Source: an uncultured Acidobacteriota bacterium (lineage in GTDB: Bacteria; Acidobacteriota; Vicinamibacteria; Vicinamibacterales; SCN-69-37). Taken from it: a stretch of DNA of 64,000 nt. Positions 49,567-58,600 of this stretch are shown here, piece after piece. Position 1 is the first letter of the stretch. The number at the start of each line of letters is the position of its first letter. The stretch is from contig CAVRVJ010000003.1 in the NCBI GenBank assembly GCA_963724645.1, positions 1,141,074 to 1,205,073 on the forward strand, in the 5' to 3' direction. The position numbers were made by a program, and so were the translations under genes. The notes beneath the pieces are model-generated. The model was not told the origin of the DNA. It saw only the letters and a list, made by a program, of their open reading frames with translations, and made no database searches.

Positions 49567-51834
49567 TTATTTCGCCAGCGGGTTCGGGCGGACCTGGAAG
49601 TGCACCGCCTTGCTGGTCGTGCCTTTCCCGCCCTCATTGTGCCAGGGGTTGCGGTTCGCCCATCCGGTCCAGAGACCGCGGCCCTTCCAGCCAGCGTTCG
49701 CGTCGTCGATTCGGCCGTTGACCGATTTCGCGTAGAAGCCGAGCGGATACGGGACGCGGAGGACCGTCCACTTTCCCGCGTCGCCCTGAGCGCCGGCAAC
49801 CGCGGGCTTGAGCGCGAGCAGCGCGCCGCCCTGGTTGCTCGTCGCGATCTGAACGTTGTCGCCGAGGCCGAGCGAGTTGTACTTGTCGGACCAGTTGTAA
49901 TAATTCGAGTCCGCTCTCGCCGGATACACATCGCCCTTGAAGTTCGGGCCGGGCACTGGATTCAACGTCCAGCCTTCCGGACACTTATTACCTTTGTCAG
50001 CGTCGGGGCCGTTGAGCGGTCCCTTGCACTTCCGACGATCGAAACTCGCCAGGTGGCCGCTGGCCAGGACGGTCCACGCGACGCCGTCCTTGTCGACGTC
50101 GCCTCCCCGCGGTCCGAAGCCAGGCTCCGGCACATTGTAGATCTCGGTCAGGGCCGTCGAGGGCGGATTCGCGCCCGGTGCGACGCGAATGAGGAAACCA
50201 GGTGACCCGGTCGTCGTGCACCACACGCTGTTGTCCGCGGGGCTGACCATGACCGCGTAGCAAGAACCGCCGACTTTCGTGTCCTTTGTTGGATCCGGCG
50301 CCGCGGCCGCGGCCGGAGCCGCCGCGGGAGCTCCAGGCGCTGCAGCGGCAGCCGCGCCGCCTCGTCCACCCCCTCGCCCGCCGCCACCACCGCCCGCCGC
50401 CGGGGCGTTCACTTCATCTCGCTTGCCGTTGCCGTTCGTGTCGACGACGAAGTCGGTCCAGGTCTGGGCCTTCGCGGCGTCTCCTGTCTCATCCCAAATC
50501 TTCGTGCTGAACCAACCGACGTAACCGCCGCTGCCGGACACCATCGAGTTGTTGGGCGCGTCGTACGCCATGTTCAAGTGGAACGAGCCGAAGCACGAAT
50601 CGGCGAACGACCATGTCTTCGTCTTCGGATCGTAGATGGAGAACTTCCGTCCGCCGCGACCTCCGGACGGAAACGGTGCAATCTTGGCTGCCGGATGCAG
50701 ATTGCCGTCTGAGCAGAAGGGCAACATGTCATTTGTCACGCCCGTATTGGTCGTGTTCCACACGCGACCCTTCTGATCCATCTCGTTGCTGTGGCCGCTG
50801 GTGATCTGGTTCCAGATGACTTCGTTGCCCCAATAGGGCGAGTTGTACCCGCCGCGCCCACCGGGTGCCGCCGTACCAGCTTTCGGGCTCCTGGGAATCG
50901 TATCTTCGCCCCAGCTGTTGTTCACCGGATCGACCCAGGTCAAGTGATCGGACGAGTTCTCGTGAAGTCCGAAGACCAGGCCGTTCGGACTGACCTTTGG
51001 ATCCCGCTTGTCACTGGCGACGACGTCGTGGAAGTACTCACGCGGATCGGCCCAATCCCATTGGGTGATGACGACGTTGCGCTCGGCGCCCTGCGGCCGG
51101 GCCGGCTTTTCGAACGGCGTTTCGCCCTTGGCGATGCGCTCGGTCCAGTCGGCGAACATCTTTCCGGCACGCTCGCGGCCGAGCGAAGTGAGGACGCCGT
51201 CCATGTTGCTGCCGTCAGGTCCGTACTTCACGCGGTCGTACCACGCCTGAAGATGGTTTCCAGTGGGCAGGCCGGGCGACAACTCGCGCGTCGGCTTGTT
51301 GCCGATCTGATGGCAGGAGATGCAACTGTCGGTGTTGAGCGTTCGATGCCATGTCTGCGGATTGGTGCCGGCGTTCGCCCCAGGCTCGTTGATCGGGAAC
51401 TCGTTCTTCTTCGGAAGGTTCAACATCGCGAACCAGTAGTTCGCCGGATAGACCTGGGCCGCCGCTTTTTCGTCGGGCGCCACTGTCGCCTTGAGGTTGA
51501 GGACCTTGCCCGGCGTGCCCGCGACCTTCGCTGAGTCGACGAGGCCATAGCCGCGCACAAACACCTGATATGTCGCCTTCGGCAAATCGGGAATGACGTA
51601 CCGACCCTGATCGTCGGTGACGACGATCTTGCTGAAGCCGGTTTTGAGCTCCTTCGTCTCCGCGATGACCCACACGCCGGCTTCGGGTCCTTTCGCACTG
51701 GTGACCACACCGCCGATGTCGTCGGCGTCGATGGCCGGCGCCGCGGCGTTCTGAATCGCGCCAATCCCAGCGAGCGATCCGGCCGCCAAGGCCGCGAGGT
51801 ATATCCCTGACTGCAACCATTTCTTCGTCAACAT
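49567..51834 (-). CDS. large secreted protein: carboxypeptidase-regulatory-like N-domain, one CxxCH heme motif, uncharacterised C-terminal body
   Basis: Intact 755 aa. Signal MLTKKWLQSGIYLAALAAGSLAG. The beta-sandwich signature is GGVVTSAKGPEAGVWVIAE...VVTDDQGRYVIPDLPKATYQVFVRGYG. The heme motif is NTDSCISCHQIG. A Gly/Arg/Ala tract (NAPAAGGGGGGRGGGRGGAAAAAAPGAPAAAPAAAAAP) lies in the C-terminal half. Confidence 0.65.
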   Translation of the reverse strand: MLTKKWLQSGIYLAALAAGSLAGIGAIQNAAAPAIDADDIGGVVTSAKGPEAGVWVIAETKELKTGFSKIVVTDDQGRYVIPDLPKATYQVFVRGYGLVDSAKVAGTPGKVLNLKATVAPDEKAAAQVYPANYWFAMLNLPKKNEFPINEPGANAGTNPQTWHRTLNTDSCISCHQIGNKPTRELSPGLPTGNHLQAWYDRVKYGPDGSNMDGVLTSLGRERAGKMFADWTERIAKGETPFEKPARPQGAERNVVITQWDWADPREYFHDVVASDKRDPKVSPNGLVFGLHENSSDHLTWVDPVNNSWGEDTIPRSPKAGTAAPGGRGGYNSPYWGNEVIWNQITSGHSNEMDQKGRVWNTTNTGVTNDMLPFCSDGNLHPAAKIAPFPSGGRGGRKFSIYDPKTKTWSFADSCFGSFHLNMAYDAPNNSMVSGSGGYVGWFSTKIWDETGDAAKAQTWTDFVVDTNGNGKRDEVNAPAAGGGGGGRGGGRGGAAAAAAPGAPAAAPAAAAAPDPTKDTKVGGSCYAVMVSPADNSVWCTTTGSPGFLIRVAPGANPPSTALTEIYNVPEPGFGPRGGDVDKDGVAWTVLASGHLASFDRRKCKGPLNGPDADKGNKCPEGWTLNPVPGPNFKGDVYPARADSNYYNWSDKYNSLGLGDNVQIATSNQGGALLALKPAVAGAQGDAGKWTVLRVPYPLGFYAKSVNGRIDDANAGWKGRGLWTGWANRNPWHNEGGKGTTSKAVHFQVRPNPLAK

Positions 51835-51900
51835 ATGGACTCCCTCATCTCTTCCGGGTCGTGCAGAATTCGTGTGTAACCGAGGATGCTAGCACCAGAT

Positions 51901-52020
51901 CAGGCCCCAGGCCCTAGGCCCAGGGCCCAAGTTTCCGGACTCCGCTCCGCGGTCCCATCCTCCTCGGGCGTCGGGCAGGGCGTCTTCACGTGGGCCTTGG
52001 GCCTTGGGCCCTGGGGCCTG
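51901..52020. repeat. inverted arrays of GC-rich heptamers (about 30-nt arms, about 59-nt spacer) just downstream of the nucleoside transporter stop
   Basis: The left arm is caggccc caggccc taggccc agggccc aag (51901-51931). The right arm is tgggcct tgggcct tgggccc tggggcc tg (51991-52020), an imperfect reverse complement. The arm ends 5 nt from the stop at 52025. Confidence 0.7.
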
Positions 52021-52024
52021 CTCT

Positions 52025-53251
52025 TCACGCCCCCGGAATCGCCGCCGGCTCCGGCTCGGGGATCGGCCTGTTCTTCGCCTGAATCATGACCTTCGAGCGG
52101 AAGAACAGGAGCACCAGCAGCATGATCGCCGCCGACATCGTCGCCGAGCTGAGCCAGAATGACTGCCAGGTCGGGAAATAGTCGCGAGCGACGCCGGAAA
52201 GCACCGATCCGATGTACATCCCGACGCCGTACGTCATGAACGTAATGAATCCCTGCGCGCTGCTGCGCAAGTGCCCCGGCGCTTCCTGATCGGTGTAGAG
52301 CTGACCGGCGACGAAGAAGAAATCGTAACAGGCGCCGTGCAGCAGGATCGCGGCGTAGAACATCCAGATTCCTGAACTCGCGTTGCCTTGCGCCAGCAAC
52401 AGGTACCGCAGGGCCCATGACGCGAGGCCGATCAGCAGGACGCCGCGGATGCTGACGTAGCGGAACAGCAGCGGCATCGCCAGCAGCATGAACAGCTCGG
52501 CCCACTGGCCCAGCGTCATGATGAAGCCCGCGTTGTTGACGTGCAGGTCGTTCAGATACGCGTTGGCGAACGAGTAGTAGAACGTCAGGGGGACGCAGGC
52601 CAGGATCGAGGCAATGACGAAGACCATGAAACTCGGCTGCTTCATCATGCTGATCGTGTCGAGGCCGACCGCCCGTTGCCACGTGACCGTCTGGCCGCGT
52701 GCCGGCGGCGGCGTATGCGGCAACGCGACGAGACTGTAGATCGCCATGACCACCGCGGCACCCGCAGCGAGCGTGAACTGCATCGAGCTCGCTTCCCACT
52801 TCATCAGGCTGACGACGCTGACGACGACGATGAAGCCGAACGTGCCGAGCGTGCGAATAGGCGGGAAATCCCGGCCCGGATCCTTGACCTGCTGCATCGT
52901 CAGCGAGTTGGTCAACGCCACGGTCGGGAAATAGCAGAGACAGAATGCCAGCATCAGCCCGAACACGGCCGGGAACGACGTGACCTGCGTGACCATGTAG
53001 ATACACACGGCCGACAGCAGGTAAAGCACCGCCATCACACGCTCGGTCGCAAAAAACCGATCGGCGACCAGCCCGACGAAAAACGGCGACACCAGGGAGG
53101 CGATCGACACCGTCGAAAACACGTTGCCGACCTGCGTGCCGCTGAAGTGCAGCGTCTGGATCAGGTAGTTGCTGATCGTCACGTACCACGCGCCCCAGAT
53201 CACGTACTGGACGAACATCATGGTCGCGAGGCGAATCTTCAGAAAGCTCAT
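52025..53251 (-). CDS. nucleoside:H+ symporter family MFS transporter (NupG/XapB-like)
   Basis: Intact 408 aa. MSFLKIRLATMMFVQYVIWGAWYVTISNYL...FSGTQVGNVFSTVSIASLVSPFFVGLVADRFF matches the N-terminal signature of the Nuc_H_symport family. About twelve hydrophobic segments are present. Confidence 0.8.
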   Translation of the reverse strand: MSFLKIRLATMMFVQYVIWGAWYVTISNYLIQTLHFSGTQVGNVFSTVSIASLVSPFFVGLVADRFFATERVMAVLYLLSAVCIYMVTQVTSFPAVFGLMLAFCLCYFPTVALTNSLTMQQVKDPGRDFPPIRTLGTFGFIVVVSVVSLMKWEASSMQFTLAAGAAVVMAIYSLVALPHTPPPARGQTVTWQRAVGLDTISMMKQPSFMVFVIASILACVPLTFYYSFANAYLNDLHVNNAGFIMTLGQWAELFMLLAMPLLFRYVSIRGVLLIGLASWALRYLLLAQGNASSGIWMFYAAILLHGACYDFFFVAGQLYTDQEAPGHLRSSAQGFITFMTYGVGMYIGSVLSGVARDYFPTWQSFWLSSATMSAAIMLLVLLFFRSKVMIQAKNRPIPEPEPAAIPGA

Positions 53252-53452
53252 TGGGCGAACCTATCCTCTCTGGTCAGGCGGCGCGGATGGCAGGAGGATA
53301 CGCAAAGACGGAACGAGTGTGCAAGCGCCTGACAGCCGCGGACACGAAGTGCCGCGGCAAGGCCGAAGGCCGTCGCGCGAAGCGCGTGAGCGCGCGGGGG
53401 TGGGGCCCCGCGCGCATGAAATAAAAGATGACCGATGTGCTGGCCAGCGGCC

Positions 53453-55150
53453 TTACACCGTCGGCACCGCGCCAGGAAACACGTACGCGTACATTAATGA
53501 GAGCAGTCCGACCGCCACCATGAGCAGGATGCTGTGTTTGATGGTGAACCGGAACAGCCGGCTCTCGTCGGCCGTCGACATGCCCGTGGCGGCCACCGCG
53601 ACGGCGATGCTGAGCAGTGAAATCATCTTGCCCACGACGCCGGCCGCCGAGTTCACCGACGCGGTCAGGATGGGGTTCAGGCCCACCACGTTGGCGGTCA
53701 CGACCTGCAGGTTGCCGAAGAGCGCGTTCGCGGACGTGTCGCTGCCGGTCAGAAAGACGCCGAGCCAGCCGAGCATTGCGCTGAAGAACGGGAACGTCCG
53801 GCCCGTCGAGGCCAGGGCGAGGCCGAGCGTCGAGGTCATCCCGGAATAGTTCATCAGGTACGCCAGACCCAGCATCGAGGCGATCGTCACCATCGCGACT
53901 TTCAGCTGCTTGAACGTGTCCACGTACACCTTGACGACTCGCGACGGACGGACGCGCAGCACCGCAGCCGTCGCCAGCGTGGCGAGAAAGCACGACGTGC
54001 CCGACGCACTCAGCCAGTTCAGTTCGAAGAGCGCGCCGTACGGCGTCGGGCGCCGCGTCACCGGCGGGATCTGCGTGATCATGTTGTGCAGGCCCGGCAC
54101 CATGAGCCGGTTCAACTGTCCGGCGACCGTTCTGGGCGATGGGAAACTGGGAATGACGCCGGGCATGAGGCTGTCGGTCCATCGGTTGATCGCTATCTTG
54201 ACCGTCGCGTCGCCCCAGACGAGCACGAAGATCACCAGCAGCAGGTACGGCATCCACGCCATGAACACTTCGCCCGGTGTGTGCGTCCGCATCGTCAGGC
54301 TGGGCGGCCTGTCCCCTTCGAGGCGCGTGAGCAGGTTCTTCGGCTTCCAGAACTTCAGCACGAGCACCATCACCACGATGCACGTCAGCGAGCTCAGGAT
54401 GTCGGTGAGCTCGGGGCCGACGAAATTCGAGACGTAAAGCTGCATCCCCGCAAAGGACAGGCCGCACGCAAGGATCGCGGGCAATACCTCGAGCGCGCGC
54501 CGCGGGCCGGCCATGACCACGATGAGGTAACCGGGGATCAGGACGGAAAGCGTCGCGCACAGCCGGCCGATCATGGCACTGAGCGCCAGGACAGGCAGTC
54601 CGGTGATGTTCGCGAGCGTCGTGACCGGGATCCCGATGGACCCGAAGGCCACCGGCGCGGTATTGGCGAGCAGACAGATTCCCGCGGCATAGAACGGCGA
54701 GAAACCCAGGCCCGCGAGCATGGCGCCTGAGACCGCAACCGGCGCCCCGAAACCGGCGGCGCCTTCGATAAATGCACCGAACGAGAAGGCGATGAACATC
54801 GCCTGCAGCCGGCGGTCCGTGGTCAATCCACCAACCGAGTCCTTGATGATCTCGAATTTGCCGGTGTCGACCGCCAGCCGGTACAGCATGATCGAGGCGA
54901 AGACGATCCACGCGATGGGAAAGACGCCGAACGCGGCGCCGAAGAGCGACGACATCAGCGCGAGTCGCAGCGGCATGTGATAGACGAACAGAGCGACGAT
55001 CAAGGCCGACGCCAGGGCCGTCAGCGCCGCCATCCACGCCGGCTTGCGCCGGATGCCGAGCATGAAGAAAAGCGCAAAGATGGGAATCGCCGCGATCAGC
55101 GCCGAGATCCCGAGGTTTCCGGCCACGGGCGCATAGTTCTGCTGCCACAT
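53453..55150 (-). CDS. lctP: L-lactate (glycolate) permease family transporter
   Basis: Intact 565 aa. MWQQNYAPVAGNLGISALIAAIPIF...IAFSFGAFIEGAAGFGAPVAVSGAMLAGLGF.PFYAAGICLLANTAPVAFGSIGIPV is typical of the LctP family. Confidence 0.85.
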   Translation of the reverse strand: MWQQNYAPVAGNLGISALIAAIPIFALFFMLGIRRKPAWMAALTALASALIVALFVYHMPLRLALMSSLFGAAFGVFPIAWIVFASIMLYRLAVDTGKFEIIKDSVGGLTTDRRLQAMFIAFSFGAFIEGAAGFGAPVAVSGAMLAGLGFSPFYAAGICLLANTAPVAFGSIGIPVTTLANITGLPVLALSAMIGRLCATLSVLIPGYLIVVMAGPRRALEVLPAILACGLSFAGMQLYVSNFVGPELTDILSSLTCIVVMVLVLKFWKPKNLLTRLEGDRPPSLTMRTHTPGEVFMAWMPYLLLVIFVLVWGDATVKIAINRWTDSLMPGVIPSFPSPRTVAGQLNRLMVPGLHNMITQIPPVTRRPTPYGALFELNWLSASGTSCFLATLATAAVLRVRPSRVVKVYVDTFKQLKVAMVTIASMLGLAYLMNYSGMTSTLGLALASTGRTFPFFSAMLGWLGVFLTGSDTSANALFGNLQVVTANVVGLNPILTASVNSAAGVVGKMISLLSIAVAVAATGMSTADESRLFRFTIKHSILLMVAVGLLSLMYAYVFPGAVPTV

Positions 55151-55168
55151 GGGCGGAAGTTATATCCC

Positions 55169-55351
55169 AGGTACGACGGTACGACGGGTACGACCGGGTA
55201 CGCGGAACGTGGAACCTGGCCATCATTTCCTTCCGGGCCGCTTGTTCCGGTCTCGTTGCCTTCTTCAAGATCGAGAAAAATAGATGACGAACGCCAGCGC
55301 GTTCCTCGTACCCGTCGTACCCATCGTACCCGTCGTACCTGTCGTACGCGG
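55169..55351. promoter_or_regulatory. divergent-promoter region with two inverted arrays of GTACGAC-type 8-10-bp repeats
   Basis: The left array, 55169-55208, is ggtacgac ggtacgacg ggtacgaccg ggtacgcggaacg. The right array, 55299-55351, is cgttcctcgtac ccgtcgtac ccatcgtac ccgtcgtac ctgtcgtac gcggg, the reverse complement of the same unit. About 90 bp lies between them. The region sits between the lctP start (55150, minus) and the outer-membrane protein start (55603, plus). Confidence 0.6.
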
Positions 55352-55602
55352 GTCCGATCCAAGAAACCGTAGTGGCGATTGAAGTCTCTGAAGCCGAGCC
55401 GGACCTGAACCGGCCTGAAACTGCAAAATCCATCAAATTCAGGCCATAATCCAAGCGTTTGGTCGTCTTCGGCCACAAAAAATTACACCAATTTTGTGCT
55501 GGGTACTGTGCTATGGTTTGCTCGTTCTGAACATAGAAATGAACCCCTCCGCCATGAGTCGGCGGAGTTCCGTTTTGTCGGGCATCTGGAAGGAGCCGGA
55601 AG

Positions 55603-58600
55603 ATGGACAGTAGGCGTGGCAGTCGGGCATGGCTGTTAGGCTGTGCTCTTGTATTGATGTGCATCGCAAGCGCGACCTCCGCGTTTGCGCAACAAGGTCA
55701 GGCGACCCTGACCGGAACCATCGTGGATAACGCCGGCGTCGTGCCCGGAGCCACGGTCACGATCACCAACGCGTCCAACGGTCAGGTGCGCACCGCGACC
55801 AGCGACGCGACCGGGGTGTTCCGCATCCCGACCGTGAATCCTGGGACGTACGCTATCAAGATCGAGATGCAGGGGTTCAAGGAAATCTCGATGAACATGC
55901 CGCTGCTCTCGGGCGAAACCCGCGACCTGGGCAAGCTGACGCTGAGCGTCGGCGGCCGGACGGAAACCGTGAACGTCACGGCGGAAGTCACCCCCGTGCA
56001 GACGTCGAGCAGCGCGCTGGCGAAGAACCTGTCGGGCGACATGCTGACGCAGGTGCAGGTCAAGGGCCGCGATGTCTTCGGCATGTTGAAACTGCTGCCG
56101 GGCGTCGTCGACGCCAGCGCGAGCCGGGACTTCGCACAGTGGAACTCGGGCCGCTCCCTCACCATCAACGGCAGCCAATCGCTGACCAAGAACACGCTGA
56201 TTGACGGCGTGCCCTCGGGCGAAGAAGGCGGCAACGGCACGACGCACATCACACCGAACATCGACTCGGTCGCAGAAGTGAACGTCATCACCAACGGCTA
56301 CGCGGCCGAGAACGGGCGCGGCGCCGGCGGCCAGGTGATCATGACGACCAAGTCGGGCACGAACCAGTTGAAGGGATCGGCCTGGTACAACGGCCGGCGC
56401 GACTGGATGAACAAGAACGACTTCTTCCGGCTCAAGCAGGGCAACGCGAAGCCGTTCTTCGCCGTGAACATCTACGGCTTCAGCGTCGGCGGACCCGTGG
56501 TCATTCCGGGCGTCATGGACAGCCGCAAGGCCGACAAGAAGACGTTCTTCTTCGGGTCCACCGAACAGACATCGGACGTCCGGCCGACGGCGGTCGCCTA
56601 CGTCAACCTGCCGACCTCGCTCGAGCGCGCCGGCGACTTCTCCCAGACGTTCATCGGGAAGGCCACCGGGACGAGGGACGGCCAGTTCACCTCGGGCCAG
56701 CGGAATCCCATTGTGCTCAAGAACCCGAACCCGGCGCAGTGGACCGACTTCTTCTGTGCGCCCGGCACGGGCGGTCTGAGCGGCGTCGGCTGCGCCGGCG
56801 GAGCCACCGCGACGGGCATCATCAACCCGAAGTACTTCAACCCCCTGGGCACGCAAATGCTGAATCTGCTGCCGTTGCCCAACGGTCAGCGCAACCCGGC
56901 GGCGGATCAGTTCAACAACGCCAATGACGCGTCGGACACGCTGCCGCTGCACACGCGGAAGAACTACCTGTTGCGCGTCGACCAGGTCCTCAGCAACAAG
57001 GTCCGCTTCAGCGGGCGCTATCTGCGAGATCGCGACGACAGCACGAGCTACAACGCGATGACGCAGCACGTCGGGTCGAGCGACAACATCTACAATGGCG
57101 ACTTCTTCGGCGGCACGATGACCTGGGTCGTCAAGCCGACGGTCGTCAACGAGATCTCGGGCGGCTACACGTTCGACAACTATGGATTCAAGTCCCATCC
57201 GGGCGCGCTCGTCGCGTCCGACTACACGCAGTGGTTCCGCGGGACGTTCAACCCGCTGCTGAACCAGACGCTCCCGGATCCGCCGAGACTCGCGCCGTAT
57301 CCGGCGGCCTACCTGACCTATGACCCGCTGTCCACGATGGGGTCCGACCAGTCGGGTCAGTTGCCGTACTTTCCTAATATGGCCTTCAGCGGCGGCAACT
57401 GCACCAATTGCTCTCAGCTTCAGCCGGGCGGTCCCAGCAACCCGATGCCGCGCCAGAATTTCAACCCGCGCTACACGTTCTCGGACGACCTGTCGATGGT
57501 CAAGGGGCGTCACAGCTTCAAGATGGGCTTCTCGTTGGAGCGCAACGCGAAGACGGAGCCGGGCTCGGGCGCGGTGAGCGGCAGCTTCAACTTCGCCGAC
57601 AGCACGGGCAACCCGCTCAGCACGAGCAACGGCTACGCCAACGCGCTGCTCGGCATCTACACGGGCTACAGCGAGATCGACAAGCGTAACGATCGCAACG
57701 ACACGCACTGGCTCGGGGAGGGCTACGTGCAGGACACCTGGCGCATGACGCCGAGGTTCACGCTCGACTACGGCGTGCGGTTTACGCATAACGGGTCGAT
57801 GTTCGAACCCCGCGGCTACAACTCCGGATTCAACCCGAATCTGTACGACAAGAGCCAGGTTGCGACGTTGTTCCAGCCGTATTGCGCGACGGGCGTCGCG
57901 GGCAACGTAACCTGCGCCACAGCGAACCGTCTGGCGTACAACCCGCTGCAAGGTGCTCCCGGTGGGGCCAACTCCTACGCGCAGGCGTTCGTCGGCACGG
58001 CCGTGCCGGTCACACTGGGCGGGAACCCGAACGGCATCACCAACGGCATGTTCACGGGCGGTCTCCCTGGCAAGAAGCCGGGCGAGTACGACAGCCTGAA
58101 GTACATGCAGTACGGCCCGCGCGTCGGCTTCGCGTGGGACGTGTTCGGCAACGGGAAGACGGCGATCCGCGGCGCGTCCGGGGTCTTCTACAACTTCTTC
58201 AGTTGTTGCAACTACCCGTACAACGGCGGCCCGCTGATCTCGCTCACGCGGCAGGTCCTCAACGCGACGATACCGGACATCACGACGTTCTCCCAGAGCG
58301 GAAACTTGGCCGTGACTCCGGCGAACGCCGGCATCCCGCTCGAGCTCGGTGCCACGAATTACCTGGCCGGCAACATGATTCAACCGGATGACTTCCAGGC
58401 CAGCCGGCACTACCAGGCGAACTTTGCCGTCCAGCGCGACATCGGCTTCAACACCGTGGTTGAGGTCGCGTACGTCGGCAACTGGGGCCGTCACTACTAC
58501 CAGGGCAAGACGGTCAACAACATCCCGGTTGACGCCTACGCCCAGACGGCGAACCTGTTCAACAACGACGCGATCTCGGCGAACTTCATTCGCCGGAACT

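Noticed and set aside
55169-55351. A possible CRISPR array, because of tandem short repeats. The Gly/Ala-coding GCC/GGC tracts at 15330-15520, 39600-39830, 41760-41950 and 43800-44000 were also considered.
   Set aside because: The repeat units are only 8-10 bp, directly abutting without spacers, and present in inverted orientation. The other tracts are in-frame coding low complexity. No cas genes are present.
53274-55664. A 796-aa minus-strand ORF spanning the lactate permease region, and similar alternative-frame ORFs such as 51900..53189 - and 46201..46872 -.
   Set aside because: They overlap, in another frame, intact genes with strong transporter signatures. Their translated sequence is Arg-rich with no motifs, so they are GC-driven open frames.
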